Source: Macrostomum lignano (Eukaryota). Taken from it: a DNA stretch of 64,000 nucleotides. Under the pieces are notes generated by a model that ran no database searches, was not told where the DNA came from, and was given only the letters and a program-made list of their open reading frames with translations. The stretch spans positions 1 through 64,000 of the forward strand of contig NIVC01001170.1 in the NCBI GenBank assembly GCA_002269645.1, given 5' to 3'. This document shows, in pieces, positions 59,501-64,000 of the stretch (positions within the stretch are counted from its first letter, which is position 1; each line of letters opens with the position of its first letter). The translations under genes and the position numbers were made by a program.

Positions 59501-61284
59501 GCTAGAAATGCACTGCTTGGCAGCGACCATTCGGCCAGCGCTAAAGGCGTCCGAGAAGACGATTTGCGTCACCTTTTGGCTGCCAGGGACGCCAAGAAGG
59601 CCGCAGAAGACGAGAAAGTGCGCCTAGAACGCGAACGCCGCCAACTAGAAGAATGGAAGAGGCGCGAAGAGGCGCGCACCCGCGAAAAGTTCGAACAGAT
59701 GCAATACCTATTGCAAAAAGAGAAGGCCAATCTGGAGCGCGAGAAGCAAGAAATGAAACGTGAACAAGAGCGAGCTCTGATTGAAGAGAAACGCCGACTG
59801 GAACGGGAGAAAGAAGAGTACAGACGAATGAAGGAGCACCTGGAGGCTGAGCGACGCCAGCGCGAGGAGCGCGAGCGACGTGAACGGGCCGAACGTGAGG
59901 CGCGCGAACGCTGGGAGCGCGAGCGGAAAGCGCGCGAAGAGCGAGATCGACGCGAACGCGCCGAACGCGAGGCGGCAGTCGTGGCCGCTGCTAAAGAGCG
60001 CGAACGCGTCGAACGAGAGCGCGCCGAACGCGAGCGACAAGAGCGCGCTGAACGGGAGGCGCGCGAACGCCACGATCGAGAGGCGCGCGATCGAATGTCT
60101 AGGAAGCGCAACTCTAGCCGCGAGCGGGACGATCGTAAGCGATCAGCCTACGATTCGAGAGGAGGAGGCGGCGGCGGCTCCCGTCGGGATGGCGAGCGCG
60201 ACAGAAGTCGGGATTATCACGGTGGCCAGGAGCAGCGCCAGCATAGGTAATGCAAAGTAATTTCGATCGCAAAAGTCAAAGGCACAGTGTGTTGCGGTCA
60301 GCACGGTCCACAGACCCGCGCGGCTTTGGGAATTTTGCCAGTGGTTTCTTAAAGCATTTTTAAACTTGCTTTTAACTAGACTCTTCAGAAAAGGTGTTCA
60401 GCATCGGAGTCCGTCGGCCTCTTCGACTATATCAAGCCTGATGCATGCATGCTGTTATGTTGGGTGAAACTGAAATTATTATTGTCAGTGTTTGAGTTAT
60501 ATACTGAGTATTATTGCTTCCTTCATGAGGGTTTTTCCACAGCTACTCAGCTAATTTTCGTGTAGTGTAAAGTACTATGATAAGATAATTAATAAATATT
60601 TATCGTTAGGCATGCACAATTTACTGTAGTTTAGGGACTGGCCCTCAAGGGTGTTAATTGCACTGGGAATCGAGCCTGGGCCGCTGCGCTGGCACATCAG
60701 AGCGCCGCCTCCTTGGCTGATGTACAAAACGGCTACGACTGAATTTGTTTTCATAACAAAAAATAGCTTAAACCTTTCCTTCTTGCTACTGGACTGATAG
60801 TACTAAGAGTTTATTGCCATTTTATTACTATAGCCGAGGCCGCCAGCCCGAGCCAGATCAGCAGTCGCAGCGCTACTATCACCGCGGCGAGCCTCAGCGT
60901 CAGCATCAGCGAGGCGCTGGCGGTCATCATTTCTCTGCTCAGCAGCCGCAGCAGCCTAGCGGGCCAACCCTGGCCTGGACTGGCGGCAGCGGAGCAGCTG
61001 GTAGCTTAATTGGCGCCCACCTGCCTACAGCTCCAACTTTGCCCACTGGCATTGCCGGCGTCAGCTCCGCCCGGCCGCCGCAGCCGCCCCAGCTGCCGCC
61101 GCATCATCTGGCGCATCATCATCATCAGCCTCCACCGTCTGCAGCGGCGGCCTACATGTCTGGCCGGGTTGCTATGCCTGGTGCTGGCGGTTCAACCGGC
61201 TCTGGATCGGGCGGCGGTGCGCCAATGTTCCTTGGCGGATCGGCTAGTCACGGCTACGACGTGTCCTCTTCGAGGCGATTTTGA
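50520..61284 (+). CDS. SAFB: Scaffold attachment factor B / SLTM-like protein (SAP, acidic region, RRM, Arg/Glu-rich coil, Gly-rich tail)
   Basis: Exons 50520-50633 (SAP: LKVVELKEKLYIRKLDVSGNKADLVERLRK), 56778-56835 (NMEENGEDASEYQF), 56947-57044, 57151-57172, 57272-57635 and 57728-57786. The RRM exon runs from 58595 to 58949 or 59009 (donor uncertain): [58 protein letters not shown]. The last exons are 59041-60246 (ERE/RER-rich) and 60834-61284. Confidence 0.85.
51918..52266 (+). pseudogene. PHD-finger ORF, probably transposon-borne and truncated by a MITE
   Basis: CVVCLQPVCDGQEAIECSQCLNWQHRACDSRVTIDRYSALRNVGEFFWLCNQC fits the C4HC3 pattern. Confidence 0.7.
52267..52422. mobile_element. Palindromic MITE-like element, copy 2 (interrupts the PHD ORF)
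   Basis: Near-perfect ~60-bp inverted arms with a central GTCACGTGAC. Confidence 0.8.
52992..53739 (-). mobile_element. 5'-truncated RTE-clade LINE fragment
   Basis: RT C-terminal motifs FVYLGG..RRGLAWAAF..ETVLLYNAETWTLT..LAGHVIR, with premature stops. It has a (GTT)n 3' tail. TTTGTTTGA flanks both ends (52983-52991, 53740-53748) as a probable TSD. Confidence 0.85.
54100..54500. repeat. AG-rich low-complexity tract (similar tracts at 52780-52940 and 53780-53910)
   Basis: Directly visible. Confidence 0.85.
55901..56207. mobile_element. MITE, CATACATGC family, copy C (inverted relative to A, CpG-free)
   Basis: TIR CATACATGCC..GGCATGTATG; 8-bp TSD ACCAAAAT (55893-55900, 56208-56215). Confidence 0.85.
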
Positions 61285-61849
61285 ACTGATTGCTATAATT
61301 ACTATTTTATTAACTACTAATTCATATTGGTTTCAAATGCGTCAAAGTTTTCCTAACATCTTTTAGTTAGCGTTACCGGTCTGACATTGAGGCAAACAAA
61401 AATAATATCTCCTAGACTAGCACTTATATCCCCTATTCTAAAGACATGGATTGTCTGCTTGCGTCAACATTAGTATCTTACTATCTTTAGTTTTTATGTT
61501 CGTTTCCCAGCATCTATAATGTTGTGTTTGTAATGTTGCCGTTATAAACCTATATGCGCTTGTGTGTTGACTAATAATTCAAATATTTCTATGTTGCTAA
61601 TGCAGTATATCGACCGATTTCAATTAATAGTACAACTTTCTGTATCCGAGGCTGTTACGAGTTGTAACCAACTGTGTTTCTTTAAATAAGAGTTTTCTAA
61701 TTTATATTTAGTAGCTAGTAGTAAAATATAGTTTTCAGTTCGGGGTTCGGAGTGTTAACTTAACGCCCATGAGGGCCAATGGCTGTAGCACAGAGTGAGT
61801 GCATGTCTGAGAGATGATGCTTTTCAACATCGGAGTCTGGACACAGTAG

Positions 61850-62200
61850 TAAACAGTGGAGTCAGTAGACAGTGGAGTCAGTAGACAGTAGAGTCAGTAG
61901 ACAGTAGAGTCAGTAGACAGTGGAGTCAGTAGACAGTAGAGTCAGTAGACAGTGGAGTCAGTTGACAGTGGAGTCAGTTGACAGTGGAGTCAGTTGACAG
62001 TGGAGTCAGTAGACAGTGGAGTCAGTTGACAGTGGAGTCAGTAGACACAATAGTCAGTAGACAGTGGAGTCAGTAGACACAATAGTCAGTAGACAGTGGA
62101 GTCAGTAGACACAATAGTCAGTAGACAGTGGAGTCAGTAGACACAATAGTCAGTAGACGGTGGAGTCAGTAGACACAATAGTCAGTGGACATTAGATCAT
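61850..62200. repeat. 16-bp minisatellite (GAGTCAGTAGACAGTG)
   Basis: Directly visible between the SAFB and LATS genes. Confidence 0.95.
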
Positions 62201-62409
62201 GTAGACGCTGTAGTGGACATTAGATAATGTAGACGCAGTAGTGGACATTAGAGTCAGTAGTAAGTAGTCACTGTCATGACCCCAGAACAACAGAAGGTCG
62301 ACTGCATTTGTGACCCTAACTGCTGCCTGCCTTTCATAGAAGGACTTAGAAAAATGAAAATTATAGAATCTCATTCTCATAGTAAGCTAAAGTTTCATGT
62401 CGATTTCAG

Positions 62410-63567
62410 CAGACCGACGCCGCTTCCGCCGCTGTCGGCAATCAGCCGCCGCCGCCGCTGCCGCCGCGTCGAATCCGGCCGGCATTGGCGGCCGCTGTGC
62501 AGACTAGGCCGCCTGTGGTACTGCGCACCGTGTGCAGCCGGGAGATACCCAGGCCCACTGCTTTCCGAGCCGAGCCTGTCGCTTCTGTTGCCGCCGCTGC
62601 CGCTGCCGCTGCCGCCGGCGGCGCCGCACCGGTCGTGGTTACCTCGGCAACCGGGTCCGTAGCTACGGCGAATTCTTCGCCAAGCTCGGCAGTGGGTCCG
62701 CCAGCTTATCCTACAGCATGGTTTGCCGCCACAGCTGCTCCAGTGTCTGCTACTGTTGTGTCAGCTACTTCGTTAACCTGCTTGCCTAGCTATGTGCAAC
62801 AACAGCAACAGCAGCTGCAGTTCCAGCAGCAGGTGCCTGTGCAGTTTCTCATGCAGTACCGGCAGCAACAGCAGCAGCAGCAATTCCAACAGTATCGCCC
62901 AATCAATGCGCCCGCAGCCCCGGCGCCGCCGCCGCGCACTGCCAGACGCAGCTCCTTAATAGGTAGCAATAATGTGAATTTAGCCAGCGCCGCTCTGTCT
63001 TCGTCGGGAGGCGGCGGCGGCGGCGGCGTTGGTGGCGCAGTCCAGCCAGTGTTTTATTCGCCGACATTATCCACGCCGGGGGGCATCGGCGACACCGGCA
63101 CTATGATTGTTCGTTGCAGCTCTTTAGGCGCTTTGAATACGTCAACTTCTTCGTCGGCTGAGGCAGCCGCAGTAGCCGATAGTAGTCGACGCCGGCCTCG
63201 GCTTGTTGAACAGCAGCAGCAGCAGCAGGCTCTCGCTGGCGCTACTGGCGGCGGCAGCGACGTTGCTAGCCTCACCGACACTGACAGTCAGGTTGGCGGC
63301 GACGATCTCGGGCCTCTAGAATCGCCTGGCTCGCCGCCGCCGATGTCAACAACACCGTTGACTCAACCGTTGCAGCAGCAGCACGAGGCTTCTCTACACC
63401 AGCTGCCCCAGTCGCAGCAGCAGCATCAGCAGCGATCTGCATCAACTATTAGACACGTGCCCGCAGCCGCTTGTAAATTCTATTTGGAGCATCATTTCGA
63501 AAATCTGATGAAGCATCATCACGAGAGAATTAAACGGCGACAGAAACTAGAAGAAGAGATGAATAAG
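62410..63567 (+). CDS. LATS: LATS/Warts kinase, N-terminal exon (gene continues beyond the window)
   Basis: The exon is open from the acceptor at 62409 to the donor AAG|GTGCGT at 63567. It ends in AACKFYLEHHFENLMKHHHERIKRRQKLEEEMNK, matching the LATS MOB-binding segment (AFKFFMEQHVENVLKSHQQRLHRKKQLENEM). It also carries a PPxY motif (GPPAYP). The kinase domain is not in the window. Confidence 0.8.
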
Positions 63568-63754
63568 GTGCGTATAAATCATAACGTTATGTCACAGTAA
63601 CCCTTAGTAACCCATCGTAAGCGTGAATGGCGCCACGGACCCCGACCCCCCTAAAAAGAATCAACAATAAAATGCAGTTACGCACAGGATTCGAACCTCC
63701 GAGTTTTGTTTAGAGATTTATCCGAAACTCGATTTTTACCAATTCTTTTCCACA

Positions 63755-63975
63755 GGCTGTAGCCGAGTGGTTAGAGTATCGGACTCACGACTGAAAGGTC
63801 GGGGTTTGTTCCCGACCCAGTTGGACCAATTTGTGTCCTTGAGCAAGACATTTAACCCTGCATTGCTTCAGTTCATCCAGCTGTAAAATGGGTGCCAGCA
63901 TTGGCTGGGGTAATTGAGGGTGTGTGTGGCGACCCCCAGTCCTTGAACTGAACAGCCGTACGCAGCATTTAGATG
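63755..63975 (+). mobile_element. tRNA-derived SINE, same family as 24845-25068
   Basis: GGCTGTAGCCGAGTGGTTAGAG..GTGTCCTTGAGCAAGACATTTAACC..CTGAACAGCCGTACGCAGC. Confidence 0.8.
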
Positions 63976-64000
63976 CGCCGCGCCATAGCTGTCGGTTGCA

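Noticed and set aside
59569-60111. RS-rich minus-strand ORF resembling an SR protein
   Set aside because: It is the antisense of the SAFB Arg/Glu-rich exon.
62276-62296. MTPEQQK as first LATS exon
   Set aside because: It is in phase, but the donor GTCGAC is weak and there is no homology support, so it was left out of the model.

Overview
Eukaryotic, intron-rich animal DNA, most likely from the flatworm Macrostomum. This is inferred from the adhesive-protein gene and the minisatellite-filled introns. Five genes can be spliced by hand. (1) A RASSF1/5-type C1-RA-SARAH gene (+, ~5.3-11.5 kb). (2) A 22-exon, ~5,285-aa secreted Lys/Arg-rich protein (-, 36349-15107) matching the published Macrostomum adhesive protein ap1: signal peptide, Ser/WxxW micro-exons, acidic exon, ~2,650-aa KR block, 2 ShK, C-type lectin, EGF, vWD-C8-TIL, ~19 more EGF and a second KR block. 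(3) SYAP1/Sap47 (-). (4) A SAFB/SLTM-like SAP-RRM gene (+). (5) The 5' part of a LATS/Warts kinase (+). The remainder is minisatellites and many non-autonomous transposons, several with exact TIRs and TSDs. The strongest candidate for something undescribed is multi-kb CpG-depleted, TpA-rich domains at the 5' ends of the RASSF, SYAP1 and SAFB genes. Paired transposon copies inside and outside these domains directly show C>T/G>A changes, including CG>TA. Other leads lie within ap1: the symmetric micro-exon/WxxW array, the ShK pair, a lectin domain lacking sugar-binding motifs, a GDPH site and two odd-cysteine EGFs. All splice models and counts were made by eye. Most long ORFs in the supplied track are repeat artefacts.
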